Origin: Camelus dromedarius
Taxonomy: Eukaryota
Length of the DNA stretch: 64,000 nucleotides
Direction: 5' to 3'
NCBI RefSeq assembly: GCF_036321535.1
Contig: NC_087441.1
Location: forward strand, 32,674,001 to 32,738,000
Positions 25,743 through 39,159 of this stretch are shown piece by piece. The notes under the pieces were generated by a model, which did no database searches, was not told where the DNA came from, and saw only the letters and a list, made by a program, of their open reading frames with translations. Every line of letters begins with the position of its first letter. The first letter of the stretch is position 1. The position numbers were made by a program, and so were the translations under genes.

Positions 25743-28089
25743 TCAGTAACCTTTGGGGCCAGAAAGCATGTGGAGATGAGCTAGAAAAAGTCGTCTGGAA
25801 TCAGCAGCATCCAATATCTCACCTAGATTCTTCAGGGTAAGACAAATGTACCTGGCCCTGGGGGAGGGGGTCACTGAGGCCTCCACCAGGACCACCTCAG
25901 TAGAGCAGTGGGAACGGAAGCCACGCCTCCATGGCGCAGGATAGTGCTCATTCAAGAACTGAATGAAAGAAAGCAGGAAAAGAAAAGACACTGGCAGAGT
26001 GTCCAGCTCTCAAGAGCTCCATTTCACACTGTGGCCTGAACCCACTGGGCTCCTCCCCATCTCTGTACCTGAATCCTGACCCTTTCCCCAGGCTAAAGGT
26101 ACCTTTGCTACATTCCTCCTCCTGACCGGATCTAGCACAAGGTCCAACTCTGCTTTAAAGCCTTCCCTGACCACTTGTGTGCCCTTCTCTCTTTTTTAAA
26201 GCTTATTTCACATGCCCTTATCACTCACTGCGAGGCACCAAATCGCACACTGCGCGACAATGCCACTTCACTTAGCCTCCTCAGGCCCGAACACACTGAA
26301 ATTTCTTCAAGTCAAAAACCACCGTGTTTCACTTCCTTAGACTTCCCTAAATACCTAACACAGAACTAGGCAGAAAACCCACATAAAAGCCAAGCAAGGA
26401 ACTAATCCAGTCTTGGGGATAAGGTCACTTATCTGGCAGACTGATACCAACCCAAGGACTCCTCCCAAAGTAAAAATTACTTGGATACCAGGAGCATAGG
26501 CTCAAGCCAGCATATCTTGAACTCTAGAAAGAATTAGAATCCTGGCATTCGGCCCTGTGCTGGGCCAGGTGGTTTATTTTAAAGTTCCTCTCCTGCGTGC
26601 CACCATATGTGATGATCTCTGTTTATTAGATTTCCCTTCATGAATAAAAATGAAGTCATAACAATCTAATTGGAAAATTTTTATATTGCAAGCTGAGCCA
26701 GAAACTAATATTTGGTTCTAGTGGAAAAATATTGACAAAAATAAGCACAAGAGAAAAAGATTAAATGATCCAAGAACTGACATCTGGTGTGGCTGTGTCT
26801 GCTTAGAACTGGCAGGGCTCCTTCTCCATTTTCTATTTGATAAATTAAAAATATCTTAATCTTTGGTTTCTTTACAATTTCTGGTAATTTATACATTTCT
26901 TAAACAAGACAGATGCAGCCCTTTCAGGTCTAGACACACCAACAGATTAACCAGAAAGAGATCAGCAAAGGATGCTATAAAAATGATTTGCACAGAGCAC
27001 CACCCAGCAGCCTTCATGCTTCAGTGAAGAACCAGAGCTCCTTAAATCAGTCTCTAATGGGAACTACATTTTCCATTATAAGTGGTTATAATGGACTTTC
27101 TAAAAGCCCTTCTTTCATTTAACGTTGCCGTCTTCCTCACATCAATAAACCCCAGACTGGCCCAAACACTGAATTACAACAGTCTTCTGCATTTACGGTG
27201 TGTTACAGACCCAAAAGAACTTTATGAGGAAGCACAAGATGTATCTTCTATCTAAATATTTCTCTTTTGTGATCTTAAATCAGGATGGTCAATTTAAACA
27301 TAAATCTGGTTCATCACTCAAAAAAAAGCACATACAAACCCTTACTTCCTAAGCACTATGTTAAAGACAAAGTACTTTCTGTATTACCAGCAAATGCTTG
27401 ATGTTCCCCATGATGTCACTTAGAAGGGATTGAAGGACAGAGTGATCAGAGACTCCCAAACTACATCGAACCGGTGTGGACCCACACAGCCCAGGGCGAC
27501 TGCCTGGCTTCGCATCTAATGCACTGCAGCTCCTTGTTCATTCAGGTATAACCAGTCAGGACCAGAAAAACAGCAGAGCACCCATGATGCCTATCAATTG
27601 TTTTCCCAACAACATGTTTCCTTTACACAAATGAAATAATGACAAGAGCGTGCTTTGAGGCTTGGTCACACTAAATCTGGCCACATAAGCAACAGACCGA
27701 AATGTACCTTTCTACGCGGACATTCCCTCCTAGACAATACTTACAGAAACAAGTAACAAAACTTAATGGCCACAAAGAGCTAAAAAGTTAAGCCTGAATC
27801 AAGGTGATGATCAAAGGTGGGTCAATGGTCTACTACCTAAATGGGATGAAGCCAGTGGATAGCAAAATGAATGGAGACCCCGTCAGCTCTTATTCCATTC
27901 TTCTCTGCCTGGGGAACTGAAATTAGGCCTGGAAAGAATTAAATGTGGGTTTCAGTGCTCTCTTACCTAAGATGAGCAGAGAGATTTCATCAAAGTTCTC
28001 AGATACTCAAAATGAAGACCCATCTCTGGGCTAGACAGATCACTTTATAAATTCTCTCTAGGAAGAGAATGTGCAAATGAGATTTCTAA

Positions 28090-29345
28090 AATGTCATTGG
28101 CAGGGTCAGGAATTGTTGAAGATGTGGGAAGTGCCAAAAGCCTGACAAGAGGCAAACACACTTTAATTTCCAACAATAGAAAGAAAAGGGAATGTGCAAA
28201 TTATACACTGGAGAACATCACATATTTGCCCAGCAAAATTTTAGACATGATAATTAAAGGCAAGTTGGCAAGGACTTAGAAGAGGAGGAGGTGAACACTA
28301 AGATCCAGAATGTTCACAGAAAACCAACCACTCAGCACAACAACAACAAGCAAGCGGATCCCCTGTTGAAGCATCTACCATAGGCCAAGTACTCTGCCAG
28401 AGATACAAAGATGAAGACAGCGTTCGTGGGCCAGGAAGCTCAGGTGGAACAGGCAACTGACACCCATCAGCTGGTAAGACAAATGGCAAGTGGTCTGATA
28501 TTGGTGGGTACAAGGAACCACACAGCAAAGAGCGGAAGCAACTATTTTGTCAGCAGGGAAAGGAGGGTCAGGGAAACTCCACAGGTGATGCCAGAGCTGG
28601 ACTATGAAGGAAGAACAGTAGTTTGATGCTGAATGCAAAAGAGACTGGTCTCATTAGGCAGAATGAGGATGTACAAGCCTTCGGGAGGGGACATGGGGCT
28701 CAGGGAGGCCTGAGTGGTTTGGTACGGCCGGAGCGGAGAGCTGGTAGAAGGGAGGAAGTCAAGGAATGGTGGCTTAACCCAACTATACTGACCTAATTTC
28801 CCTTTTAGACATAGTTACTATTCTAGTGCATCAAGCAAATTAGGTGAACACAGTGTAACCATACTTAAAGGTGCTTTGTAAGTTTCTCTTGATCTGCTTA
28901 CCAATAAGATGGAGAAATGTGACATGGATGGAGTCTTCTATGATTAGATGGATTAAGGGAAGCACTGAAGCACTGTATCAAGAGGTAACTGCTGACCAGC
29001 TGACTGTCCTCAACCCGGAGCTGGGAGCTGGCTTCCTTCTCAACATGGAGGGAAGATGCTAACAGCTTAATGCAGTATTCATTCTTAAGACTTGTCCTCA
29101 TCAGTAAATTGACCACTGACTTGAGTGAAAATAGGGCATTAGACTTTTGGAGGGATAAACAACATCCTGGATAACAACACTTGGATTCAGACAGATCTCA
29201 GCTGTGTGTACATGAGTTCAGGGTTCTCCATCTGGGCTCAACATAAGGGATTGATGCAAAGAGCTGCCTCCAGAGATAGCAGCTTCCTAATCTCCAAAGG
29301 TGACTGAGCACAAGCTGGACAACCACCTCGTGGGATGGCTGTAGA
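28090..29345 (+). mobile_element. L3/CR1 LINE pieces (RT N-terminal part, RT core, 3' end), interrupted by an L2 fragment (~28480-28770)
   Basis: ORF 28091-28279 (RGKHTLISNNRKKRECANYTLENITYLPSKILDMIIK) resembles the CR1 motif [37 protein letters not shown]. 28871-29062 has a TVRWI-like motif; 29260-29345 resembles the L3 3' end. Confidence 0.7.
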
Positions 29346-29396
29346 CTAGCAGTTCTCAGCCTTATCAGAAACCAATACCCCTCACCTAAATAAATA

Positions 29397-29592
29397 CGGT
29401 TGATCCTTGAACAACAGGGGTTTGAACTTCATGGGTCCACTTAGATTATTTTTCACTAAATACACTGTAACATCCACGATTCACAGTTTTGGAGAAACTC
29501 CATAATGGAGTTCCCACTATAAGTCATACACATTTTTTTAACTACATGGAGGGTCAGGGTCCCTAACCACCAAATTTTTCACTGGTCAACTG
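29397..29592 (+). mobile_element. Tigger2/MER8-type TcMar MITE
   Basis: TA|CGGTTGATCCTTGAACAAC ... TTTTTCACTGGTCAACTG|TA: degenerate TIRs with TA target duplication. Confidence 0.8.
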
Positions 29593-30139
29593 TATATAAA
29601 TATCTCATTATGTACCCTTTATAATACTTAAATGAAGTTCATAGCTAATATAGTCTACTTGCCCACTTAATTTTATGAAGTTAATATAATGCCCCAAAGG
29701 AAAGTAACTGACAACAGGTAAATAAGTTCTCAGGTTTCAAAAATCAATACAATGTCAAAAGAAAAGTAGTTTATAACAGGTAAGTTATAAGTTACTAATT
29801 CATAATCATAAAGTAAATTCTCAGGCACAAGTTCATTGAAAGACACAATAAAATACTCAGATGCTTATATCAATCTATACAGGACAAGTTTAGCTACAGG
29901 TGAAACGAGATCAGAAACAATTTCACTATATACAGGAAAGTGAGAGAGCAGAGATGAGGGGATGGGACAGGGTGGGTAATGGGGCATTGGGGGTGCACTG
30001 AACATTAGAATAAAAACTAGTGCTATAAATAATAACCAAACAGATATTTCTATACATGGTGATTTAGAACAAATTTCTTTTCTTTAGAATGTCCCAATAA
30101 CCACTCACGTAGGTCGTACAGATGATAGGAAGCTTCCAA

Positions 30140-30298
30140 GAATAAGGGACAATTCTTCGTTGTCTAGGACTGTCCTGCTCATCGCAGGGCACTTGGCACC
30201 TCTGCTTGCCCCAACTAAATGCTACTGTCCCTCCCCAGTAACCATGCCCATCAAACAGCACCCTGGTGGGCTGATACTACACTCACCAAAAACCACTA
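30140..30298 (+). mobile_element. MER20-like hAT-Charlie fragment
   Basis: acaattcttcgttgtctaggactgtcctgctcatcgcagg...aaatgctactgtccctccccag...aaaaccact. Confidence 0.6.
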
Positions 30299-30494
30299 TT
30301 ATAGAGGAAAGTCAAATTCTATGGATGAACTAATATTTTTAATTATTTTTCTAATTAAAAATTTCTAATTTCAAAAATTCCTTCAAAGCTGAGACTTTAT
30401 AAACCCCACACACCTGAGTAGTTCTCTATTTTCAAGATTCTCTGTGCCTTACCTGACCAGCTCCTCTGACCCACGCTACTAAGGCAGCACCTTT

Positions 30495-30650
30495 AAGAAG
30501 GACAAGTGGGTTGGAATCCAGACTCCAGCATCTCCAAGCTATGCAGCCTTGGGGAAGTTACTCAGTTTCTCTAGCCCCCAGGTTCCTTATCTGTAAAAGG
30601 ACTGGCATAGAGATTAAATGTGTCCAAAAGGTGTCTCTAGAGTCTAGTGC
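30495..30650 (+). mobile_element. MIR SINE
   Basis: gctatgcagccttggggaagttactcagtttctctagccccaggttccttatctgtaaaa. Confidence 0.7.
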
Positions 30651-30849
30651 CCCATGGAACAGAAAATTCTCTCCACTGGGATTTCAATGAGCCCAGATGT
30701 TCCTGTGTTCATGAAAATTATGCCTGCCTTCATAAGCACCTGGAAAGCTAGATTCAAATTAGCCCCTAAACAAAAACATTATGTTGTGAACGAACTCAAG
30801 CCAGGCAGCCTGGTAAGTACAGAAATGACAGCAAGCAGCAACAGTGAAA

Positions 30850-31045
30850 ACACTTATTGAACATTAACCATATGTACCAAATTTTGTGTTCAGTGCTATT
30901 ACACATGCTGTTTAATCTTTTTTAACCATATGAGAGAATCCATATTCGCAATGCTTTTTAGACAAAGAATCTGAAGTTTAGAAAGGTTAAAAAGTGTATT
31001 CAAGGTCAAACAGCCATAAGAGTTGGGGCCAGGATGATTTGCTTT
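30850..31045 (-). mobile_element. MIR SINE
   Basis: cacttattgaacattaaccatatgtacc...gaatctgaagtttagaaaggttaa...tcaaggtcaaacagc. Confidence 0.65.
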
Positions 31046-32441
31046 GTATGATGCCAAAGTCAGAACCACTAATAATGGCCTCTAATGCAAGGCACGGATA
31101 ACACAGAACAAGAGCACAGAATTTTCACATCAGTCACCTGGTTCTTCCTGTACTTATCCACCATTAAAAAGAACAAGAAGGTGAATACCAGTTTTCTGGT
31201 CAGCTGTCCTTTAGGACATCAATCCTGAACTGTATTCAGGTTAGTCATTACTATTGATCAATAAATGCACTACACTGAACATGTCCATGCAGTTAATAAA
31301 TATTTATTGCATTGAACTAGATTTTTAAAGAGCTAACTGAAAAGCACATTACCTTAATTCACTAAATTAAGTGAATTACCTCTTAAGTTTTAAGAAGTAA
31401 TGATATAACTTTGAATTGCCAGAAATATTTCTCTTAGCAGCTGGCAATTTTTTGTTTCTTTTGTTTTGAAAAGTCATCTTCTGCCAATCCACTTAGTTCC
31501 CCACTGAAAATGAAAACAGTAAATACAGAGAATCAGAATTTAAAAATGGAATTTTGACCTTTTAAAAAAAATTTCTTTATTAATTTGAAGCTACAAAACC
31601 CCCCTTTTTCTAGGGACTAAAACTGAAGGTCCTTTTTCGAACTAAAATTTTTGATTCTATAAAAATTCTACCAGGGGTCTTTAGTATATTGCATACATTC
31701 TCCCATTAATACTTATAAGGATATAATAATTCAGTTTTGAACAGTTTTCTACTCGTAAAGAAAGATAGATTAAAGGGGGGAAAATATGCAGGAAGTCATA
31801 TAAAAAGTTATTGGAGACAATGAACACAGAGCAGTCTACTCTGCTGACCTCATATCTCAACCCTAAGAGAAAATCTTCCCTTTCTCACCATCAGTCCCCA
31901 TTTACTGGGTGTCTGCTACACCCATATGATCATCTCTACGTTCACCAGAGTTGAAAAACATCTGATGCCTGCATCCCCACCAAGGCGGTTTCTAGGGACA
32001 GCCCCTTCTACTGCTCCAGCACCACAAGATCACTTCAGATCATCTCCAAGGTGAATCTAAAGATGGTAGGTTCCAAATGACATCAATAAATAAACAGGTG
32101 ACATGGGAAGAAAAGTATGTCTTCAATCACTTCTGGAATTCATTTTAATATTATCAGACAGACCCACTGCTAAAATCCTAGGATCTCTGGCCTGTTTGAT
32201 TTTCTTTGCAGACAAATCCCAAAAGGAATAAGCTCCACAGTCTTCTGGAGTCTCTCTCCACAGTACAGAACTCAAGCCTACTTCCCAAGGCCTTCCAGAG
32301 AACCAATATGAATCGCTTCCCCAGCTCCCTGTGCTCACAGCAAACGCCACCACTACTGCATGGGTTCTGGTCTTGCACCATGCCCCAGCTCCTTCAGTTT
32401 TAGGGTAGAAGTAAGTGTAAGCAGTGGTCACTACCACTACT

Positions 32442-32495
32442 TTATTATTATTATTATTGTTATTGTTACTATTATCATTATCATCGTCATTATTA
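32442..32495 (+). repeat. Degenerate (TTA/TCA)n trinucleotide repeat
   Basis: ttattattattattattgttattgttactattatcattatcatcgtcattatta. Confidence 0.9.
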
Positions 32496-34451
32496 CTTGG
32501 TGAGAGTTATCTATTTGATGGATTTGAATTAGAGTTAATTGATGCAAATAGAAACAACAAAATTTGCCAGATGAAAGATATAATAAATGGAATGCCTTTC
32601 CAAAGAACACACAGTATATGGGCTGCAAACACTAGCTTCCAAGAATTAAATTTGAGTATCTTTTGACCCTATCAAGAGACGTAAAGTTCACTTTACCTGG
32701 TAAATTGCCATTTTGCTAAGCAAAAGCCACCTGTTTCTTTGTTCTCATGTGGATGGTACTGGCAGTTGAATGCATTTTCAAAATACACTGGCATACACTC
32801 ATACTTGTAGAAATACAAAATAATTGAATTATCACTCTTTTTAACGTGTTTTCAGCATATTTATTTACATGGCAAGTACAGATGGCAATAAACAATTTAT
32901 ATTTACTCCAAAATAGTGTGTCATCACATACTGACAAGCAGTCACTTCAATTCAATAAGCATCTACTAGGAACCCGTTTTATGCTGACCACTGTACTGTT
33001 TATCTAAAGCCTATGCATAGAAACAGGACTCGATATACTCTACGAAAACTTCAATTTTTGGCAAGAAAATAAAATTTACATAAACAAAACAATCAGAAAA
33101 AATAGGCATGATGGAAATTAATGCCCAATAAAATGTGTTATGCACAGAGAAGTGCTAACAGAAAGAAAAGGGCCAGGTCACACGGGCCAGTGTTCTCTGG
33201 GAAGGTGTCTGAAGTGGGGCAACACCAAAACAGCCAGTCATGATTACAGTTCAACAGACAGTGCTACACAGTCAGTGATCACATCTGTAAACTATTAACA
33301 GATTTATCTTTAATGCAAACATCCTCTATCACAGCATGCTCAAGAGGACTGCAGCTGCACCGGGCTCTGCTTCCGACAAGCAGGGTAAAGATGGAGAGGA
33401 GCACACAGTGCTCTGGTCAGAACAGCGCAAAATGTGGTAAACGGACAACATGGGTCCAGGAAGAAGGCATAATGAAAGGTGTCTATGGGGCCAGAAATCT
33501 GCCCAGCACACAATTAAACCAGCAGTGGGAAGTACTGTGACCTCTTCTTGGGGAAAAAAAAATTATGTATACAATATTCAACTCCAGTTTTTCAAGAGAT
33601 TGGGTCGATGGTTTAAGTCTGTTTTCTTTTAAAGGTTTATTAAGTTCTTCAATATAAAAGTTCTTGCAGAATTCAAATGAAAAAGGGCCCTTTGGCTGTT
33701 CTGGCCAGAGTGGACTGTTGTCCTCAATCACGCACTCCCTCCTTGTAAGAGAATCATACACCCGTGCCCTTTCCCATGCCACTTTGTGGGGCTTTGCACA
33801 GTATATACAGTATACTTCTCCACCTACTTGGCCACGTGGCTTGTTGTGGCCAACGGACTGAAGATTAACAGAGGACCCATTTCAACTGGAGGCCCTAAGG
33901 CAAGTTTCTGTTCTGCACCAGAAAAGTATGCCCCAAGTAAAGGGTTCTTCAGCACAGGCTCCAGGATGAAGACATGCAGAACAGACCTGAACTCCTACCA
34001 CAACTTTGGAGTCCAGACCAGCCCTGCCGAACCCAGCCAAGAGCAGCCCAACCACATTTCAACCTGCAGGTTCATAAGTGTGAAAGAAATATTTGTGGTT
34101 CTAAGCCACTAAGATTTGGAGGCTGTTTTGCAGTATTATCACAACAAAAAACCCAGTACGCCTTTCAAAATGTCCTGATCCACAAACTACTTTGTGGATT
34201 TTTATCAGGAAGATCAAAGCCACATAAGACACATTATTGTCTATAAGGCATAATTCTACCAAGGCCTGGAATACCAAAGCCCAGAGACAGAAGCAGCCAA
34301 TTAGCAAAAATAGCCAAGAAAGCTTCCCTTTCTTCCAGCTGTCATTCACCCCATAACCAACGTGCATGACTGTGGAAGTTTAGCTGTAAGGAGGCATCCT
34401 TTACTTATGTACACCTTGGTACATTCATCTAAAGATTTTGATATTACTTAC

Positions 34452-34916
34452 TGTTATGGGTTAAATTGTGTGCCCCCTGCACACACACCAGAAGTGTTGA
34501 AGTTGTACCCACTGTATCCCAGGATGTGACCTTGTTTGGAAAGAGGGTCACTGCGGATGTCATCAGTTAAGATGAGGCCATACTGGGGTTTGGGGGCCCT
34601 CAATTTCAACATGACAGGCATCCTTATAAGAAGATGGCCGTATGAAGACCAGACACACAGGGAGAATGCCACGTGGAGACAGCAGAGATTAGAACTAGGC
34701 AGCGGTAAGCCAAGGAAGGCCAAGGACGGCCAGCTAATCACCAGAAGCCAGAAAGAGCTAGAAAGGATCCCTTTACATGTTTCAGAGAGATCACCGCCCT
34801 GCCAACACCTAGATTTTAGACCTCCATCCTCCAGAATTGTAATACAATGAATTTCTATTGTTTTAAGCTACCCAGTTTTTGGTACTTTGTCAGTTCAGCC
34901 TTAGGAAACTAATTCA
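34452..34916 (+). mobile_element. MLT1C-type MaLR solo LTR, full length (465 bp)
   Basis: TGTTATGGGTTAAATTGTGT...GGAAACTAATTCA with TG...CA ends; 5-bp TSD CTTAC/CTTAT. Confidence 0.9.
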
Positions 34917-35324
34917 CTTATTTTAAACCTTATACACTGTTCCAAAAGGAAACTGCATCAAAAATATTATTACTTTCCCATCATGTCTGTTCTGCCACTT
35001 TCTTTTATAATTTAAAGGAAATGTGGGCATGTAACTGAGAGCACCAGTAAATATTATTCTGAATATTAGAGCAGAAAGCTCACATGGTTAACATCTGTAC
35101 CCAGGAGATAATTCATCACCGTGCATCAGGCCATTCTCACCACCCTTCAGTGACTTTAGCCTAACACACTCACACTGCTAGGTTTCTCACACACATGCCT
35201 GGTCTCTTCTACCATTTTCTGATTAATTGCTCCTCGTGCCCACATTCTTTTCACTCAGACTGTAAGCTCTCAAAAGGCAGGGAATGTGTCATGTGCCACA
35301 TGCATGAGCAAGTGTGCACGCACT

Positions 35325-35328
<4 letters not shown>

Positions 35329-35356
<28 letters not shown>
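35329..35356 (+). repeat. (CA)14 microsatellite, within an L2 3' fragment
   Basis: Direct reading. Confidence 0.95.
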
Positions 35357-35358
<2 letters not shown>

Positions 35359-37184
35359 TTACAACCCCTAGTTCAGGTCAGACATAGGATTTATGTTGAA
35401 TAGGTTGATTTTTTTGTTGTTAAAAGGTTGATTTCATTTGTTATGGCTAAATACATGACAGAAACTTACTTCAGGTTATGGAATAATAAAGTCTTGCCTT
35501 TTATTTAGATTAGTGGTCTACATTTTTTAAAGTTATATACCACATCAATAAAAGTATCTGAGCATGAAATCCTAATATGTATAGTTTTTACATTAAAAAA
35601 AAACCATGTCTTCCACACTAAGATGCTTTATAATGCATTGTAATTATAATATACTACACATGCATTATAAAAGATATAAGAAAAATAGAAGTCATGAAAA
35701 GATGACATAGACATTCTAACAATTTCTTCCCCTACCCTCAAGGGGCACACGAACCCCAGCTGGGAAACCACTGGTCCAGACTATGAGAGCAGACACGTGA
35801 AAACATTTCCTAGGATTTGGTCTTTTCTAGGAAATGCAAAATCTATGAGAACCTAACATATATATGAACTTTAAGCACACTCTCCAGCAGATTCATGAAG
35901 TTGTCTTGATCAATCAAGCAATATTTTAGAGTTGATGACAGAGTTGTCCTTGCAACTAGGATTAATTCATATATTACTGAGCCCCAGCTGTAAATGCATT
36001 TGCTAACTATGGTGTTCTTTGCAATTGAACCTTTTAGTTTTTAGACCTTGGGAATGAAAATCTATTATCAAAATTTCAGGTAAATATCTGTAAGGCTGAG
36101 AGAACCAAATGAGGTACCATTCTGATCTTGAAAATAAAGAAATGAGTAGGATGGGCAAAGCAGAAGATGGAACAGAAAACTCATAAATCATCTCCCAAGA
36201 ATGTTATCAGCACGACACCACCCAATCTTCCTGTGTTCCATGTGCATGTACGTGGACAGCACTGTGAGAGAAACCTGAAGGGCACAGAGTAAAACAAGAC
36301 CTGGCCCCCATCAGCTCACTATAAGAAGTAAGCCATAAAGCAAGCCTGTAATTTGTAGTACTAATAGTTAAGTGCCAAAAGAAACTGAAATTAGGGGTAG
36401 TGTAGCTGTTTTGGAAAGTGTTCATGGAATTAAATTTCAACCTGGTACAGAATATTGGCTTGAAAGGAAGAAATACACGAGGAAGTTTCAGACAGAGCGG
36501 GCAGCCAAAAGCCTGAAGGCAGCAATTACCCCCATGTCTGTGAGGGGTACTGAGGGCTCTCCTGACCCTACAGAAGTGCTGAGTTTACACAGGTTGGGGG
36601 TGAGAGGTGAGGCTGAGTGCCTGAAATGTGGAGGGGATACAGTGCCATTAACACCTAAGCAGCATTCTCTGGCCTAAATTTCTAAGAGAAAGCCACCACC
36701 ACTGAAATCTCATAAATCCTTTCACTTGGTCTACATGTTCTTGAAGAACCAGCGTTGGGGCTGATCTATAAGCCAAACAAGCAAGCTAAATGCAAGAAAA
36801 TACCAAGCAGATGGTGTGTGGGTGAAGATGTTGAGGAAGTGAAATATTAGTCGCTTTGAAAAGAGGAAGAGAAAGTAAAATATGTCAAGATGAATATGAA
36901 TTTGGCAAAGAAAAGTCAAGTATATAAGAATCCCATGATATATTCCTTTTAATTATTTCTAACAATTATCACTGTGATACATATCGATAAAAAAATATGA
37001 AAATAGAAATTATCTGTGATCCCATCAGTGTGACTTTGTCACCTTCCTGTCTTCTCTTCCATGCAGCTGCACTTTATAATCAAATTAGGGTCTTTTTCTA
37101 CATACAGTTTGGAGTACTATCACTTAAAAAACAACTCCACTGTAGGATTTGTCTCCAGTTTTCACAATATCACCCTTGCTAAAA

Positions 37185-37410
37185 ACTAATACTTACATAG
37201 TTGCTTACTCTGTGACAGAGTTCCAAGTATCTTACGTGTGTTAACTTATCTAATTCTCAATACAATGTGAGGGGTGGATATCATTATTATCTTCATTTCA
37301 CAGATGAAAGAATCAAAGAGAAAGCAACTTGCCGAAGTTCACTTAGCTGATAAGCGGTGGAAGAGGACTCCAAGCCAGGCAACTGGCTCCAGCATCCCTG
37401 CTCTTAACCC
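37185..37410 (-). mobile_element. MIR SINE
   Basis: attattatcttcatttcacagatgaaagaatcaaagag...caacttgccgaagttcac. Confidence 0.75.
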
Positions 37411-37744
37411 ACCTACCAGACCACCTGCCTCCCAGAGACATGCACTCATCACTGAAATTAAGCCTCATCTTTGATTTTTTTTTTTTTTTAGGCTGTACTC
37501 TTAAAACAGATTCACTGGTGCCAAGGGATTCTATGAGCTAAACTGCTCTCCATCAAAGACATAATACCCCCATACACCCTCCTATCGTCTGTGAAAAGTG
37601 AATGGGACCCAACCTCAACCTTGCCAGCACTGTTATGGACTCTTAAAATCTAATTATAGTCAGCATTTCTTTGATGCAATGAAGCTGAATATTTTTTTCA
37701 TGTGTTGGCCATTTGTAGTTCCTGTTTTGTGAATTTTCTATTCC

Positions 37745-38099
37745 TGTTATATGGCCCGTTTGTGTCCCCCAACCCCACTCCAAATTCTTATGTTGAAAAC
37801 CTGATGCCCAAGGTGATGATATGAGGTGGGGCCTTCAGGAGGAGATAAGCTCACGGGGGCTCTGCCCTCACAGGATTAGTGCCTTCATAAAGGCGGCCCA
37901 GAGAGATCCTTCGCTCCTTCCACTACGTGAGGACACAAGTCTACCGTCTGCAACCTGGAAGAGGGCCCTCACTAGAACCCAACCAAGGCCCCCCAGTCCT
38001 GGACTTCCAGCCTCCAGAACTGTGAGCAATACATGGCTGCTGTTTATAAGCCACCTGGTCTAAGGTATTTTGTTACAGAAGCCCAAGTGGACTAAAATG
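37745..38099 (+). mobile_element. MLT1A0-type MaLR solo LTR, adjacent to/inserted in an L1ME fragment
   Basis: Full MLT1A0-like text; perfect 5-bp TSD ATTCC at 37740-37744 and 38100-38104. Confidence 0.9.
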
Positions 38100-39159
38100 A
38101 TTCCTTCCTAGAATGCTTTTTAAAGAGTTAAAGCTTGTTAAATTGAAACTACTTTAGAAGATGTTGTAATTCAAGGTATCAGAGGGTTGCTAACTAGCTG
38201 TCTCACTGGGAGCCAAGGACAGGCAAGTGCCCTGGGGGAATTACCAGGACCCAGGGCTGAGGCTCAGCTGTAAACTCCAGGGACCACAAGGGCTGAGCAG
38301 GCCCTCCCCGCAGACTGCCAGCCTGCAGTTGTGCTCCACACCACAAGGCAGGGGCTGCGCTCATCTAACGGCTGAATATTCGTTATTGTTACTCAGGACA
38401 CACCCTCAATTCCTCGCATCACCATGTTTGGGGAAACAAATCAGTAAATGTGATGTTTGTTTAGTGAGATCAGAATTACAGAAAGAAAATGGAAGTTCTC
38501 AAGGGACCTCACACCTGCACAGCAGTCTCACAAAATTTTCCTATTCTACACGGCTAATCTAGTTAGTGATCAGAATCATCCATGAGTCAGAGGATTCCAC
38601 AGGAACAGTGCTGAACAAACGCTATTCAATTCTTATTCGCCAAATCCTCTGTTAATCAGTCAACAGCAATTTATCTCATGCCAGGCACCTCGCAGTAAAA
38701 CCGAGCATCTAGGACACCCTCCGATTATATGGCTGGGAAAGAAAAATACCTCATTCACAGACTCAGGAGTCACTCCTTAGGATGGGCTACTATCTCTAGA
38801 GGGCTCATGTCATCTACCAGGTTGTTTAATGCTTCCGGTTTTTTAAGATTGACACCATAGTTGGAGGGTTTTGCATCTTTCTGTACCAATTAAAGAGGCA
38901 AACCCAGGAATGAAGGCAAAAAGGACACTCTGTTAGGTAAGGGCCATAATAAATATGAAAGGTTTTTTTAAATGCAAGTTAACACAATGTTTGAGAAAGA
39001 ATTAATAAGGTAAGGCAGGGATGTTAAAAAAAATGATATGAACAGGAGTTCTACTGAGGGAAGGAAAGGAGGTGGGGGCAGGGTTAGAAAAGGGATGAAT
39101 AGTTAAATAAAAGCTTCAACCTTGAGCTTTTTTTTGTTTTTTTTTAACCAATCATAAAA

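Noticed and set aside
28091-28279. 62-aa ORF with RT-like similarity
   Set aside because: Decayed L3/CR1 relic broken by stops and an L2 insertion; not a domesticated gene on present evidence.
35627-35671. 12-bp AT-rich inverted repeat (TTTATAATGCAT/ATGCATTATAAA)
   Set aside because: Short and low-complexity; within chance expectation.
4990-36390. Several GAAANNGAAA ISRE-like motifs (4990, 20383, 22338-22351, 36381)
   Set aside because: Common in AT-rich and L1 DNA; the known interferon-inducible NCOA7 short-isoform promoter lies far downstream, outside this window.
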